A DNA stretch of 32,000 nucleotides from Alkalilimnicola ehrlichii MLHE-1 (GCF_000014785.1 NC_008340.1:540001-572000), one strand, 5' to 3'; shown: positions 18,866 to 31,348, counted from the first letter of the stretch. The notes: a model not told the origin generated them from the sequence alone. Program-made: numbers and translations.

Positions 18866-19288
18866 TCAGCAGTCGCCGATCCGCTCCCCCACGATCTCCA
18901 TGCGCATCTTCATCTCGCCCATGGGGGTCTCGAAGTCCCCGGTCATCTCGCCCTCCATGCGGTCGCCCATCATGCGCATGTGCATGTCCATCTCCATGGT
19001 GCCGCCTTGCGGGTCGGCGCACTGCAGCCGGTAGGTGACCTCGTCGCTGCTGATGGACTGGTCGATGACCTCACAGCCCTCCGCATCGTGCAGTTGGATG
19101 CCCTCGTCCAGGTCCTCCTCTGTGATGCACTCCTGCGTGGTCTCGATGTGGTCGGGCATGGCGTACTCACCCTCCATGGTGGTGGTGCTGGTGTGTTCCC
19201 AAAGCCCCGGTTCCACGTTGGGGCGGTCAGCCCAGGCCAGGGCGGGCAGGGCGATCAGGATCGCGGCGGGCAGAGCGAAACGCATCAT
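18866..19288 (-). CDS. DUF3617 domain-containing exported protein
   Basis: MMRFALPAAILIALPALAWADRPNVEPGLWEHTSTTTMEG...TQECITEEDL...CEVIDQSISSDEVTYRLQCADPQGGTMEMD. Confidence 0.75.
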   Translation of the reverse strand: MMRFALPAAILIALPALAWADRPNVEPGLWEHTSTTTMEGEYAMPDHIETTQECITEEDLDEGIQLHDAEGCEVIDQSISSDEVTYRLQCADPQGGTMEMDMHMRMMGDRMEGEMTGDFETPMGEMKMRMEIVGERIGDC

Positions 19289-19416
19289 GGTCTGTCTCCT
19301 AAATGTGTGCGGTTGATTGCCGGTGGTCGCTCAACAGTACCGGGATCCACCGCAGGTTCAACCTGAAAAGGTTTCCGTCTAAGGGTAGTGGGTCGGGCCC
19401 GCGCTGTCAGGCTGGG

Positions 19417-20226
19417 TCAGTCGCCGGTGATGGCGTCGATGCCCCGGGACAGCCGTGCCCGGCTCAGCTCGCCCAGGTGGCTGTCGATCACCCGGCCCTC
19501 GGCGTCGATGAACAGGGTGGTGGGCAGGGCTCCCGAGCCGTAATGGGCTGAGAGCCCCGAGCGGGGGTCCAGCAGGACGTGGTCCAGGGGGCTGTCCAGT
19601 TCATCGAGAAAGGTGCGGATGGTGTCGGCTGTCTCCCCTTGGTTGACCAGCAGGATGGTGACATCGTCCCGTGCCTGCTGCACCGCGCTGAGCACGGGCA
19701 TCTCGCGCCGGCAGGGCGGGCACCAACTGGCCCATAGGTTGATGACCAGGGGGCCGTCCCGATAGTCGGCGAGCGGCTGCGGCTGGCCGTCCAGGGTCTG
19801 CAGATGGGCCTCCGGCAGGGCGGGCGGCTCGGGACTGAGCTGCTGCACCGCGGCCATCCCCGCGCCCCAGGTGAGCAGGCCACCGACCAGCGCTCCGATC
19901 AGCGCCGGGCGCTGGAGGGGGCGGCGCAGGGCGTAGAACCCGCCGACGCCGGCGATGGCGACGACGGCCGCCACCGGCGAAAAACCACCGTCAGCGATGT
20001 TGATGAAGCTGAGCGGGGCGGCCAGGTAGTCGTTCCGGTACTGGAGCACGAAGCCCAGGCGCCCGGCGATGAGCGCGATCAGGCCGGTGACCAGCAGCGG
20101 ACCATCGGCGTTACCGCCCTGGCGCCGGCCGATGAGCCAGCTCAGCAGCAGGGCCGCCAGCAGGGCGACGAGCAGCGGAAGGCGGTCCAGGGGCAGGGCC
20201 AGTGGCCCCAGATTGACTGACATCAT
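19417..20226 (-). CDS. TlpA-family thioredoxin-like protein with N-terminal LGT-like membrane domain
   Basis: VINLWASWCPPCRREMPVL thioredoxin motif; N-terminal membrane segment GLIALIAGRLGFVLQYRNDYLAAPLSFINIADGGFSPVAAVVA resembles prolipoprotein diacylglyceryl transferase. Confidence 0.85.
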   Translation of the reverse strand: MMSVNLGPLALPLDRLPLLVALLAALLLSWLIGRRQGGNADGPLLVTGLIALIAGRLGFVLQYRNDYLAAPLSFINIADGGFSPVAAVVAIAGVGGFYALRRPLQRPALIGALVGGLLTWGAGMAAVQQLSPEPPALPEAHLQTLDGQPQPLADYRDGPLVINLWASWCPPCRREMPVLSAVQQARDDVTILLVNQGETADTIRTFLDELDSPLDHVLLDPRSGLSAHYGSGALPTTLFIDAEGRVIDSHLGELSRARLSRGIDAITGD

Positions 20227-20338
20227 CACGCTAGAATCCGGTTGAGGGGTTGCAGGTGGCACCGGTGGCCGCCGTCGATACTGTACCAGAGTGCCCGCGG
20301 CCGCTCGGGGTTCCCGCTGCCGCGGACAGGGAGGCGTC

Positions 20339-20887
20339 ATGGATGAAGAGACACCCGCCACGACCCGGCACCGGGTCTTTTTTGCGCTGTGGCCGGACGA
20401 GGCCTTGCGCGATGGCCTGGCCCGCCTGGCCCGCAGCCTGCGCGGCGGGCGCCCGGTGCCCCGCGGCCACCTGCACCTCACCCTGGCCTTTGCCGGCCTG
20501 GTGACCGCGGAGCAGGTGGCTTGCCTGCAGCGGGCCGCCGCTGGGGTGCGTGCACCGGCCTTTACGTTGCGGCTGCAGACCCTCGGCGGCTTTGCCCGGG
20601 CCCGGGTGGCCCATGTGGCGCCGGATGAGCAGGACCTGCCCCCTGCGCTGCCGGAACTGGCCGGGCAGCTGAATCGGGCACTGGTCGCTTGCGGCGTGCC
20701 GGCGGAGCGCCGGGGCTTTCGCCCGCACGTCACCCTGCGCCGTGACGCCCGCCCGCCGCGTCCCCGATCGGTCAGCCTGCCGGAGTGGTCGGTGGACCGT
20801 TTCGTGCTGGTGGAATCGGGTGACCGGGGGCGGCCCGGGCCTTACCGGGTGCTGGCCGAATGGCTGCTGCAGCGGTCCACGGAATGA
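20339..20887 (+). CDS. thpR: RNA 2',3'-cyclic phosphodiesterase (ThpR/LigT)
   Basis: Two HxTx motifs: GHLHLTLAFAG and FRPHVTLRRD; RHRVFFALWPDEALRDGL. Confidence 0.9.
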   Translation: MDEETPATTRHRVFFALWPDEALRDGLARLARSLRGGRPVPRGHLHLTLAFAGLVTAEQVACLQRAAAGVRAPAFTLRLQTLGGFARARVAHVAPDEQDLPPALPELAGQLNRALVACGVPAERRGFRPHVTLRRDARPPRPRSVSLPEWSVDRFVLVESGDRGRPGPYRVLAEWLLQRSTE

Positions 20888-21020
20888 TCACCGGGCCGGT
20901 TGATGATCGCAGACACCGTAGCCTGTTATCCTTGCAGCTGGTTTGACCATATGACCAGATTGCCACCTGACCCGGTAGCCCGGTCAGGACCGATCCCAAG
21001 ACAAGGTGGAGGAGGACAAC

Positions 21021-21485
21021 ATGCCTGCAGACGTTTATCGCTTGAAGGTCAGCCTGCCGCTGGAGCAGGCCCGTAAGATCATCGCCGGGGCACTGGCCAA
21101 GGGCCGGGAACTGGCCCTGCAGCCGCTGACGGTGGTGGTGCTGGATGCCGGTGGGCACGTGGTGGCGGCGGAGCGAGAGGATGGCTCCGGCAACGTGCGC
21201 TTTGAGGTGGCGCGGGGCAAGGCCGGCGCGGCGCTGGGCATTGGCATCGGCAGCGGCACGGTGGGGGCGCGCAACCAGGGGCGGGACGCCTTTCTGGCGG
21301 CGGTGGCCACCGCCTCCGGGGGCCAGGCGGTGCCGGTCCCGGGGGGTGTGCTGGTGCTGGACGACCAGGCGCAGATCATCGGTGCGGTGGGGGTGAGCGG
21401 TGATGCCTCGCCGGAGGATGAGAAGGCCGCCATCGCGGGTATCGAGGCCGCGGGTCTGGCCCCGGGGATTGATCCGGCCGCCTGA
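21021..21485 (+). CDS. GlcG/HbpS-like heme-binding family protein
   Basis: VVVLDAGGHVVAAEREDG...QAVPVPGGVLVLDDQAQIIGAVGVSGDASPEDEKAAIAGIEAAGL is a typical GlcG/HbpS pattern. Confidence 0.85.
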   Translation: MPADVYRLKVSLPLEQARKIIAGALAKGRELALQPLTVVVLDAGGHVVAAEREDGSGNVRFEVARGKAGAALGIGIGSGTVGARNQGRDAFLAAVATASGGQAVPVPGGVLVLDDQAQIIGAVGVSGDASPEDEKAAIAGIEAAGLAPGIDPAA

Positions 21486-21531
21486 TGCCGGTCGGCCCCG
21501 CCGCCGGCAATGGCCCGGCGGCGGGGCCCCG

Positions 21532-22266
21532 TTACATCGGCTCCATCCCTTCCAGGCGGTCCAGCGTCATCCGGAAGGTGGTGCCGTCGGACTCCACATG
21601 CTCCACCCGCACCGGCAGGTAGTGCAGCTCCGGTGCCGACCAGACCCGGGTCTCCCGGCTGCTGCCCTCACGAACGCGCACGTAACGGATGGTCTCGTAG
21701 GTCCCTACGGGGGTCTCGACGGTCTCCTCGCCGGTGAGGCGGAACTGGTATTCATCGATATCGCCGTCGTCGGCCACCCGGTAGGTCCTATCGCCGGTCC
21801 GGCCGCGCGCCAGGTCCTGCATCAGCGCCATGGTGGTCACCACCCGGTCCTTCACGCCATCGGACAGGTCCACCTCCCAGTCACCGGCCTTGTCCCGGGC
21901 CTTGCCGGCGGCCCAGTCGAACAGCAGGGTCTCCTGCTCGTTGCGCCGGCCGCTGCGCTGGTAGTGGTAGCGCTCCGGGCGAAACTGATCACCATTGATG
22001 GTGCCTTCGCTGACCTCCTTGGTCTCGTCGCGGTAGGCCATGCGGATGATGCCGCGCGGACGCGTGGCGACCTCGAAACGGTAGCGGTCGGCCTCGGGGC
22101 GCTCAAAGCGGAACCAGCCCTCGCCCACCGTGAAGGCGCCCATATGCACCCGGTACTGCGCCGCGAAGGGCGGCAGCTCGCCGGTGGCGGCCTGTTCGCC
22201 CGCCAGCCCGGCGTGCCAGGGTGACAGGGCCAGTCCCAACCCGATTGCCAGCAACACTCGGCGCAT
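21532..22266 (-). CDS. DUF3108 domain-containing exported protein
   Basis: PPFAAQYRVHMGAFTVGEGWFRFERPEADRYRFEVATRPRGIIRM...GTYETIRYVRVREGSSRETRVWSAPELHYLPVRVEHVESDGTTFRMTLDRL. Confidence 0.8.
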   Translation of the reverse strand: MRRVLLAIGLGLALSPWHAGLAGEQAATGELPPFAAQYRVHMGAFTVGEGWFRFERPEADRYRFEVATRPRGIIRMAYRDETKEVSEGTINGDQFRPERYHYQRSGRRNEQETLLFDWAAGKARDKAGDWEVDLSDGVKDRVVTTMALMQDLARGRTGDRTYRVADDGDIDEYQFRLTGEETVETPVGTYETIRYVRVREGSSRETRVWSAPELHYLPVRVEHVESDGTTFRMTLDRLEGMEPM

Positions 22267-22303
22267 GTCGTCTAAGCCTCCTTGGGTCGGGGATGCCCCC
22301 GCC

Positions 22304-22984
22304 CTACAGGGTTTCCACCCGGGTGTCCGCGGTGATTCGCGGGGTTTGCTCCAGCGGCCGGCCGTCCATCCAGGTGCGGCCCTCCCGCATGCAGACCCGG
22401 CCCTCGGCCAGCCAGCGCACCGCCAGCGGGTAGATGCGATGCTCCTGGATCTGGACCCGGCGGGCCAGTGTCTCCGGGGTGTCGTCGGGCCACACCGGGA
22501 CCTCCGCCTGCACGATCAGCGGCCCGGCATCCAACTCCGGTATGACGAAGTGGACGCTGCAGCCATGCACTTGGACCGCGGATTCCAGCGCGCGTTCATG
22601 GGTGTGCAGGCCGCGGAAGTCGGGGAGCAGGGAAGGGTGGATGTTGATCAGCCGCCCCAGGTAGTGGGTGACGAAGGCGTCGGACAGGATGCGCATGAAC
22701 CCGGCCAGGATCACCAGCCCCGGTTCATGGCGGTCGATCACCTCGGCCAGTGCCCGATCGTAACTGGCCCGGTCGTCGAATCCGCGGTGGGAGAGCACCT
22801 CGCCGGGGATGCCCGCCGCGCGGGCCCGTTCCAGGCCGTAGGCGTCGGCCCTGTTGCTGATCACCGCCCGGATGTCGATGGGCAGCTCACCACGGGCCTG
22901 GCCATCGATGAAGGCCTGCAGGTTGCTGCCGCTGCCGGAGATCAGCACCACCACCGGCAGCGGCTGTCGCGGTGCCTCGCTCAT
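22304..22984 (-). CDS. purN: Phosphoribosylglycinamide formyltransferase
   Basis: [18 protein letters not shown]...[21 protein letters not shown]...[41 protein letters not shown]. Confidence 0.96.
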   Translation of the reverse strand: MSEAPRQPLPVVVLISGSGSNLQAFIDGQARGELPIDIRAVISNRADAYGLERARAAGIPGEVLSHRGFDDRASYDRALAEVIDRHEPGLVILAGFMRILSDAFVTHYLGRLINIHPSLLPDFRGLHTHERALESAVQVHGCSVHFVIPELDAGPLIVQAEVPVWPDDTPETLARRVQIQEHRIYPLAVRWLAEGRVCMREGRTWMDGRPLEQTPRITADTRVETL

Positions 22985-24024
22985 GCCGCCACCACCTGGA
23001 CCCGCGGCGCCCCGGCCTCGTGCGTGCCGATCTCGCCGAGCCGCCAGGCCGTCTCGCCGGTCTGGCGGAGGCGTTGCAGTGCGGCGTCCGCCTGCTCGGC
23101 CGGCACCACCAGCACCATGCCCACGCCGCAGTTGAAGGTGCGCAGCATCTCCGCCTCGGCGATCTGACCGGTCTGCTGCAGCCAGCGGAAGACGGGCGGC
23201 CAGCTCCAGGGTTGCAGCTTGGCGCCCAGGCCCTCGGGCAGCACCCGGGGCAGGTTCTCCGGCAGGCCACCCCCGGTGATGTGGGCCATGGCATGCACCG
23301 GCAGATTGCGGATCAGGTCCAGCACCGGCTTGGCGTAGATCCGGGTCGGGGCCATCAGCAGGTCCGCCACCGGCTGGCCGTCCACCTCGGTGGCGGCGCC
23401 TTCCGGGGCGCGCTCCAGCACCTTGCGGATCAGCGAGTAGCCGTTGGAGTGGGGCCCGGAGGCGGCCAGGGCGATCAGCGCGTCACCGGCGCCGACGCGG
23501 CTGCCGTCGATGATCTCGTCCTTTTCCACCACCCCGACGCAGAAGCCGGCCAGGTCGTAGTGGCCCTCGGCATACATGCCGGGCATCTCCGCCGTCTCGC
23601 CGCCGATCAGCGCCGCGCCGGCCTGGTGGCAGCCCTCGGCGATGCCGCGGATCACCGCCGCGGCCACCTCCACGTCCAGCCGGCCGGTGGCGTAGTAATC
23701 GAGGAAGTAGAGCGGTTCGGCGCCGGTGACCAGCACATCGTTGGCGCACATGGCCACCAGGTCGATGCCGATGCCGTCGTGCCGGCCGGTCTCGATGGCC
23801 AGCTTCAGTTTGGTGCCCACGCCGTCGGTGCCGGAGACCAGCACCGGGCGGCGGTAGCGGTCCACCGGCACCTCGAACAGCCCGCCGAAACCGCCCAGGC
23901 CGCCCAGCACCCCGGGCCGCATGGTACGCTTGACGTCGTCGCGGATGCGATCGACCAGTTCGTTGCCAGCGTCGATGTCGACGCCGGCCGCCTTGTAGGT
24001 GAGGCCTTCCTGATCCGGACCCAC
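22981..24024 (-). CDS. purM: Phosphoribosylformylglycinamidine cyclo-ligase
   Basis: [20 protein letters not shown]...[14 protein letters not shown]...[45 protein letters not shown]. Probable GTG start at 24024; stop overlaps the purN start. Confidence 0.96.
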   Translation of the reverse strand: MGPDQEGLTYKAAGVDIDAGNELVDRIRDDVKRTMRPGVLGGLGGFGGLFEVPVDRYRRPVLVSGTDGVGTKLKLAIETGRHDGIGIDLVAMCANDVLVTGAEPLYFLDYYATGRLDVEVAAAVIRGIAEGCHQAGAALIGGETAEMPGMYAEGHYDLAGFCVGVVEKDEIIDGSRVGAGDALIALAASGPHSNGYSLIRKVLERAPEGAATEVDGQPVADLLMAPTRIYAKPVLDLIRNLPVHAMAHITGGGLPENLPRVLPEGLGAKLQPWSWPPVFRWLQQTGQIAEAEMLRTFNCGVGMVLVVPAEQADAALQRLRQTGETAWRLGEIGTHEAGAPRVQVVAA

Positions 24025-24154
24025 TTGCAACTCCCCCGGGGCTCGATAGTCAAATGAACCCGATATGGTAGCGATCCGGTGGTCCGAAATATAGCCCGGC
24101 CGGCTGATGTTACCGGCGATGTCCCTTTGGCCGGTGGTCTGGAGAGTGTGAGCG

Positions 24155-25189
24155 ATGCGAGTTCTGCCCCTGATGATGCTCCTGGCGGTGTTGGCGTGGG
24201 CCATGCCGGCCGGTGCCAATCCCTTTTACACCGTGGAAGTGGCGGTGGAGACCCGCGATGAGGACGACCGGGCCACGGCCCTGGCGGTAGCGCTGGACCG
24301 GCTCCTGCAGCGGATAACCGGCGCCGACGAGCCGGCCCAGGCCCGCGGTCTGGCGGAGTTGCTGGACGCCCCCGAGCGGCTGCTGGCCGGTTACGCCTAC
24401 CGTGGCGAGGCCGGTGACGACCTGCGGTTGCAGGCGCGCTTCGACCCGGAGGCCCTGCGCGGTGCCCTGTCCGATTACACCGGTGCGGTCTGGCTGGGGG
24501 AGGGCGCACGGCTGATCGTCTGGGCCGGCGAGGAGGTGGGCGCATCGCGTGAGCTGGTCGGCGAGGGCAGTGACGGGGCGCTGGCGGAGGTCGTCCGCGC
24601 AGAGGCGACGGGGGCAGGCCTGACGCCGCTGTTGCCGCTGCTGGACCTGGAGGATCGCCGCGGGCTCAGCTACAGCCATGTCTGGGCCGGATTCACCGAC
24701 CGCATTGCCGAGGCCAGTGAGCGCTATGGGCGCCATCCCGCCCTGGCCCTGGGGCTGCGCCAGCGCGGCGATGACGACTGGGAGGGGCGTTGGGTGCTGC
24801 TCGATGGCCGCACCCTGGCGGAGGATCGGGCGCGGGCGGAGAGCCGGGAGGCCCTGGTGGCGCAGGCGATGCAGGATGCCGTGCGCACCCTGGCCCGCCA
24901 GCGCGGCGTTTCCCTGGGCGGCGACGCCGAGGCGACCCTCGGCATACAGGTGGCCATCGACAGCCTGGGGGCCTATGCCGCGGTGCTGGAGTACCTGGAG
25001 GGGCTGCCCGAGGTGCGCGAGGCGCGCCTGCAGGGGGCCCGCGGCGGCGATCTGGCCCTGGAGCTCGACCTGGCCGTGCCCGCCGAACGGGCGTTGGGCG
25101 CGTTGGAGCAGTCCCGGCGGTTGAGCCTGGAGCAGCGGGCGGGTGATGGCGAGAATGGCACGCCGCCGCGGTACCGCTGGGTCCAGTGA
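24155..25189 (+). CDS. DUF2066 domain-containing exported protein
   Basis: [57 protein letters not shown]; divergent from purM and upstream of hda, a known gammaproteobacterial arrangement. Confidence 0.82.
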   Translation: MRVLPLMMLLAVLAWAMPAGANPFYTVEVAVETRDEDDRATALAVALDRLLQRITGADEPAQARGLAELLDAPERLLAGYAYRGEAGDDLRLQARFDPEALRGALSDYTGAVWLGEGARLIVWAGEEVGASRELVGEGSDGALAEVVRAEATGAGLTPLLPLLDLEDRRGLSYSHVWAGFTDRIAEASERYGRHPALALGLRQRGDDDWEGRWVLLDGRTLAEDRARAESREALVAQAMQDAVRTLARQRGVSLGGDAEATLGIQVAIDSLGAYAAVLEYLEGLPEVREARLQGARGGDLALELDLAVPAERALGALEQSRRLSLEQRAGDGENGTPPRYRWVQ

Positions 25190-25313
25190 CGCCGCGGTGG
25201 CGCTCCGCCCCGCCGAGTCCCGGCCCCCACGCTGCCGCGCACGGGCGTGGGGCGGCCCTTGACACCCCAGCGGCCAGGGGGTGCAATGCGGGCCTCTCCC
25301 CAGCAGGCGCGAC

Positions 25314-26051
25314 ATGGTAGCAGACTCCGACAACACATCCGCCCCGCCGGTGCAGCAGTTGGCCCTGGATATCCGCTGGACGGATATCGCCAGCCTGGAC
25401 TCCTTCGTCGCCGGCGCCAACCAGCAGGCCCTGGACGCGGTCCGGCGTGCCGCCATGGGGTTCGGCGATCGGCTGCTGTTCCTCTACGGTCAGGGGCCGG
25501 TGGGCAAGAGCCACCTGCTGCAGGCGGCCTGCCGCGAGGCCGGTGAGCGGGGGTTCAAGGCCGCCTACCTGCCGTTAAACGAGTTCCAGGGGATGCCGCC
25601 CGGCTCCGTGCTCGCCGGTATGGAGAGCATGGACCTGTTGGCACTGGATGACTTGCAGGTGCTGGCCGGCGAGGCGGACTGGGAGGAGCACTTCTTCTAC
25701 CTGTTCAACCGCACCCGGGCCAGCGGCGGGCATATGATCCTCAGCGCGGACCGCCGCCCCGTCGATCTCTCCCTGGTGCTGCCGGATTTGGCCTCGCGGC
25801 TGCAGTGGGGACTGACCCTGCGCCTGGAGCCCCTGGACGATGTCGGCAAGTTGCAGGGGCTCCAGGCCCGGGCCGCGGCCCGGGGGCTGGAATTGCCCGA
25901 TGACACCGGCCGTTTCCTGCTCAGTCGCTACGCCCGGGACCTGGGCGGCCTGTTTCAGCTGCTCGACCGGCTCGACGGCGCCTCACTGGCGGCCCAGCGG
26001 CGGCTCACCATCCCCTTCGTGCGGCAGGTGCTGGGCGGCGACGAGGGCTGA
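25314..26051 (+). CDS. hda: DnaA regulatory inactivator Hda
   Basis: QQLALDIRWTDIASLDSFVAGANQQALDAVRR...LFLYGQGPVGKSHLLQAA...LALDDLQVLAG...SRLQWGLTLRLEPLDD. Confidence 0.93.
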   Translation: MVADSDNTSAPPVQQLALDIRWTDIASLDSFVAGANQQALDAVRRAAMGFGDRLLFLYGQGPVGKSHLLQAACREAGERGFKAAYLPLNEFQGMPPGSVLAGMESMDLLALDDLQVLAGEADWEEHFFYLFNRTRASGGHMILSADRRPVDLSLVLPDLASRLQWGLTLRLEPLDDVGKLQGLQARAAARGLELPDDTGRFLLSRYARDLGGLFQLLDRLDGASLAAQRRLTIPFVRQVLGGDEG

Positions 26052-28523
<2,472 letters not shown>

Positions 28524-28527
<4 letters not shown>

Positions 28528-28793
28528 ACGAGAGCAGGCGTTTTTTGGTATCCGGGACCGTTCAGGGGGTCTTTTTTCGCTCCAGCGCCAAGCGGCATGC
28601 GGAGCAGTTGGGGCTTAGCGGGTATGCCCGCAATCTGGTGGATGGGCGCGTCGAGGTCCTGGCCCACGGCCCCACCGATGCGTTGGATGAACTGGCCAAG
28701 TGGCTGGAGGAGGGGCCGCCCAACGCCCAGGTGACGGGGGTGGAGGTGTCGGCGGTGGGTGAGCAGCCGCCGGAAGGGTTCCGGGTGCTGTAA
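28524..28793 (+). CDS. acyP: Acylphosphatase
   Basis: RRFLVSGTVQGVFFRSSAKRHAEQLGLSGYARNLVDGRVEVLAHGPTDALDELAKWLEEGPPNAQV; ATGA overlap with the upstream gene. Confidence 0.95.
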
Positions 28794-28904
28794 ACCACCT
28801 TTCGGGCAATCTTCCCGAGCTGTGCTAAACAGAAGGTAGAGCAAAACAAAGGGTTTTGGGGGCCGACGGCCCACCAACCCATACTCGCACCGAGGGGGAG
28901 GCTT

Positions 28905-29243
28905 ATGCCCACTATCCGAACCATGGCGGCCGGGGTTGCCCTGGCCGCCGCCATGCTGGCCGGCCCCGTCCAGGCCGGCGACCCGGTGGCCGGCGCGCTG
29001 AAGGCCGACACCTGTATGGGCTGCCACGGGGTGCCCGGGCAACGCAACGTTTACCCGAGCTACCACGTGCCGAAACTGGGCGGCCAGCATGCCCAGTACC
29101 TGGTGGATGCCCTGAGGGCCTTCCGCGAGGGGCTGCGCGATCATCCCACCATGAACGCCCAGGCGCGCAGCCTGAGCGAGGGCGACATAGAGGATATCGC
29201 GGCCTTCTTTGCAGCCAGTGAACCGGGTTCCAGGGGGCGTTGA
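28905..29243 (+). CDS. Mono-haem cytochrome c (c4-like half)
   Basis: Signal peptide; CMGCHG; VPKLGGQHAQYLVDALRAFREGLRDHPTMNAQARSLSEGDIEDIAAFFA. Confidence 0.9.
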   Translation: MPTIRTMAAGVALAAAMLAGPVQAGDPVAGALKADTCMGCHGVPGQRNVYPSYHVPKLGGQHAQYLVDALRAFREGLRDHPTMNAQARSLSEGDIEDIAAFFAASEPGSRGR

Positions 29244-29590
29244 TGATGAAGCGTTATTGGGTTTTGGGGTTGGGAGGATTGTCGTTGTGCATGGCGCTGC
29301 CGGCGGCGGCCATCGACCGGGGTGATCCGGTGCGGGGGCAGGAGCTGTCCGCGGCCTGTATCGCCTGCCACGGTGAGGATGGCAACAGCCCGGATCCGCA
29401 GTATCCGAAACTGGCGGGGCAGCATGCCGACTATATGGCGCGCATGCTGCGCCGCTACCGGGATACCGACATCCAGAACCCCATCATGAATGGCATGGCC
29501 TCCGGGCTGAGCGATGCCGATATCTGGGATCTGGCGGCTTATTACGCCGAGCAGGAAGGCCCCCTGCACACCCCGCCCCGGCGCCGCTGA
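29243..29590 (+). CDS. Mono-haem cytochrome c (c4-like half)
   Basis: Signal peptide; CIACHG; YPKLAGQHADYMARMLRRYRDTDIQNPIMNGMASGLSDADIWDLAAYYA; start overlaps the stop of the preceding cytochrome gene. Confidence 0.9.
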   Translation: MMKRYWVLGLGGLSLCMALPAAAIDRGDPVRGQELSAACIACHGEDGNSPDPQYPKLAGQHADYMARMLRRYRDTDIQNPIMNGMASGLSDADIWDLAAYYAEQEGPLHTPPRRR

Positions 29591-29673
29591 GGCGCCCCGC
29601 CTGCCACGGGGGGACGCGGACGCCTCCGCGCCTCCCCGTGGCGTTGTGGTGGGTGTGAGCGGGGCCTAGCGGG

Positions 29674-30330
29674 TCAGTCCAGGCGCACGAGCAGGGCAGA
29701 GGCGTCACCCTCGCCGCCGGCCTGGCGTGCCTCCAGGACGATCTGGCGCGCGCTGGCGGCCAGGTCGTTCTGGGTGGCCATCAGCAGGGCACACAGGGCC
29801 TCATCGTCCAAGGCGGATGAGACGCCGTCGGAGCAGAGCAAAAACAGGTCGCCGGCGGCGCGGTCCAGGTCATGCAAGTCCGGCTGCACCCGCGGCTGCT
29901 CGCCCAAGGCCTGATCCGCGGCGTCACCGGGGCCCAGGGCGGTCATCTGGCCATCGCGCAGGCGGTAGGCCGGCGAGTCCCCCACCAGGGCCAGGCTGAC
30001 GGCGGCCGGGGCCACGCAGAGCAGGGCCAGTGTGCTGCCCATGCCGCGGTGGCGGCGGTTGCTCTCGGTGTGGGCGAGCAGGGCCTGGTTGGCCAGCTGT
30101 GCGAGTTTGCGCGGTTCGCCCCCGGATTCCAGCCAGGTGTGGTCGGCACCGTGGTGGTTGCGGGCGATGGCCAGTACCGTCTCCACCGCCAGGCTGGCGG
30201 CCACCTCCCCATGGGGCCGGTTACCGGCGCCATCGGCCAGTACCGCGACCCCCGCCGGCAGGTCGTAGCCAAAATGATCCTCATTGTGGGGCCGGCCCAG
30301 GCCCGGTTCGGTGAAACCACCCGCTTGCAT
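29674..30330 (-). CDS. Divergent PP2C-family protein phosphatase
   Basis: GRPHNEDHFGYDLPAGVAVLADGAGNRPHGEVAAS...LALVGDSPAYRLRDGQMTAL...LFLLCSDGVSSAL. Confidence 0.82.
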   Translation of the reverse strand: MQAGGFTEPGLGRPHNEDHFGYDLPAGVAVLADGAGNRPHGEVAASLAVETVLAIARNHHGADHTWLESGGEPRKLAQLANQALLAHTESNRRHRGMGSTLALLCVAPAAVSLALVGDSPAYRLRDGQMTALGPGDAADQALGEQPRVQPDLHDLDRAAGDLFLLCSDGVSSALDDEALCALLMATQNDLAASARQIVLEARQAGGEGDASALLVRLD

Positions 30331-30426
30331 GGAAAGTTGCCCTCTGGAAGACGCGGAAACAGCCCTGGATTGTGCCAAGCCAGGGCCGTCGGGGAAAGCC
30401 GGGGCCGGATGCCCGGCCGAGGGCGG

Positions 30427-31104
30427 TCAGTGGAAGCTGTGTGCCAGGGGGGCGTCTGGGCCCTCACGGCGGTGGTCCGGGGCCGAGGGCGCCGGCTGCC
30501 GGTCCAGGCCGAGGGCCCGCGCCTGAACCTGGAGCTGGCGGTCCAGGGGGCCGTCGGGTGCGTCGACTACCACCAGCAGTCCCGCTCGATCCTCCAGGGC
30601 AAGCTGCAGGATGCGCCCACAGGCCGCACTGGTGGTGCCCGCCTCGGGTAACAGCACGGGCACCAGTTGAAACGGCGGAAGCACCCGTTGCAGGTAGGGC
30701 AGGGGGGCCTCCAGCCGGTGTTCCAGCGCGTGTGCCCGGTCGTCCAGGGCGCCTCCCGCATCGTCCTGCAGGCGCTCGATCCCGGCCGCATCCAGGGTCA
30801 GGCGGCCCAGCGGGGTGGCGAACTGCCGTTTGCCACTGAAGGCGGGGCCTTCAGCCGTGCGGTGGGGGGTTGTGGCCAGCAGATAGACCCGATTCGGTGG
30901 CGCGGCTGCAGCCTGCAGCAGGCTGCACGCCGCGGCGATGGCCGCCCCGGCCCGGGCCTGGCCGCCGGGTGGCAGGACCAGCGCCCGGGGGCGGGTACCC
31001 AGGGTTGGATGCGCCCGCAGCAGGGTGTCGAGGGACTGGCGCAACAGCTCCGGATGGCCGGGATAGAACAGGCCTGCAGCGACGGGACGGCGCACTTCGC
31101 TCAT
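30427..31104 (-). CDS. Degenerate Memo-like (AmmeMemoRadiSam system protein B-like) protein
   Basis: VRRPVAAGLFYPGHPELLRQSLDTLL is the Memo N-terminus; EHRLEAPLPYLQRVLPPFQLVPVLL aligns with the Memo EHS.E..LPFLQ region; other metal-ligand motifs are altered. Confidence 0.7.
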   Translation of the reverse strand: MSEVRRPVAAGLFYPGHPELLRQSLDTLLRAHPTLGTRPRALVLPPGGQARAGAAIAAACSLLQAAAAPPNRVYLLATTPHRTAEGPAFSGKRQFATPLGRLTLDAAGIERLQDDAGGALDDRAHALEHRLEAPLPYLQRVLPPFQLVPVLLPEAGTTSAACGRILQLALEDRAGLLVVVDAPDGPLDRQLQVQARALGLDRQPAPSAPDHRREGPDAPLAHSFH

Positions 31105-31348
31105 ATTGGACTCCCCCGGTGGGGTGTGCGGGTGGGGCCATAAGGGCTCACCCGGGCATGGGAACACCCCATGAATGGACGTGGCTTACCTTCAAGTTAT
31201 GCCATTCACGCGGGCTTGCAAGGCGCTTGGGGGAAAGCTTCCGGGGCGCAGCATAGGGGTGGGGACGGGGCTTTTGCGCTGGGACAACGAAAATGGCCGC
31301 CTCCCCCGGGGGGGGAGGCGGCCAGGACGACGCCACCCTGTGGTCGGC

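Noticed and set aside
20231-20728. 165-aa minus-strand ORF
   Set aside because: Antisense to thpR, which has both HxTx motifs. The minus translation has no recognisable domain.
25223-25253. Hairpin CCCCACG...CGTGGGG between DUF2066 and hda considered as a terminator
   Set aside because: Only a 7-bp stem with no T-tract following; not distinguishable from background in GC-rich sequence.
24110-25456. 448-aa minus-strand ORF
   Set aside because: Opposes the DUF2066 gene and runs into hda. No motifs; shadow ORF.
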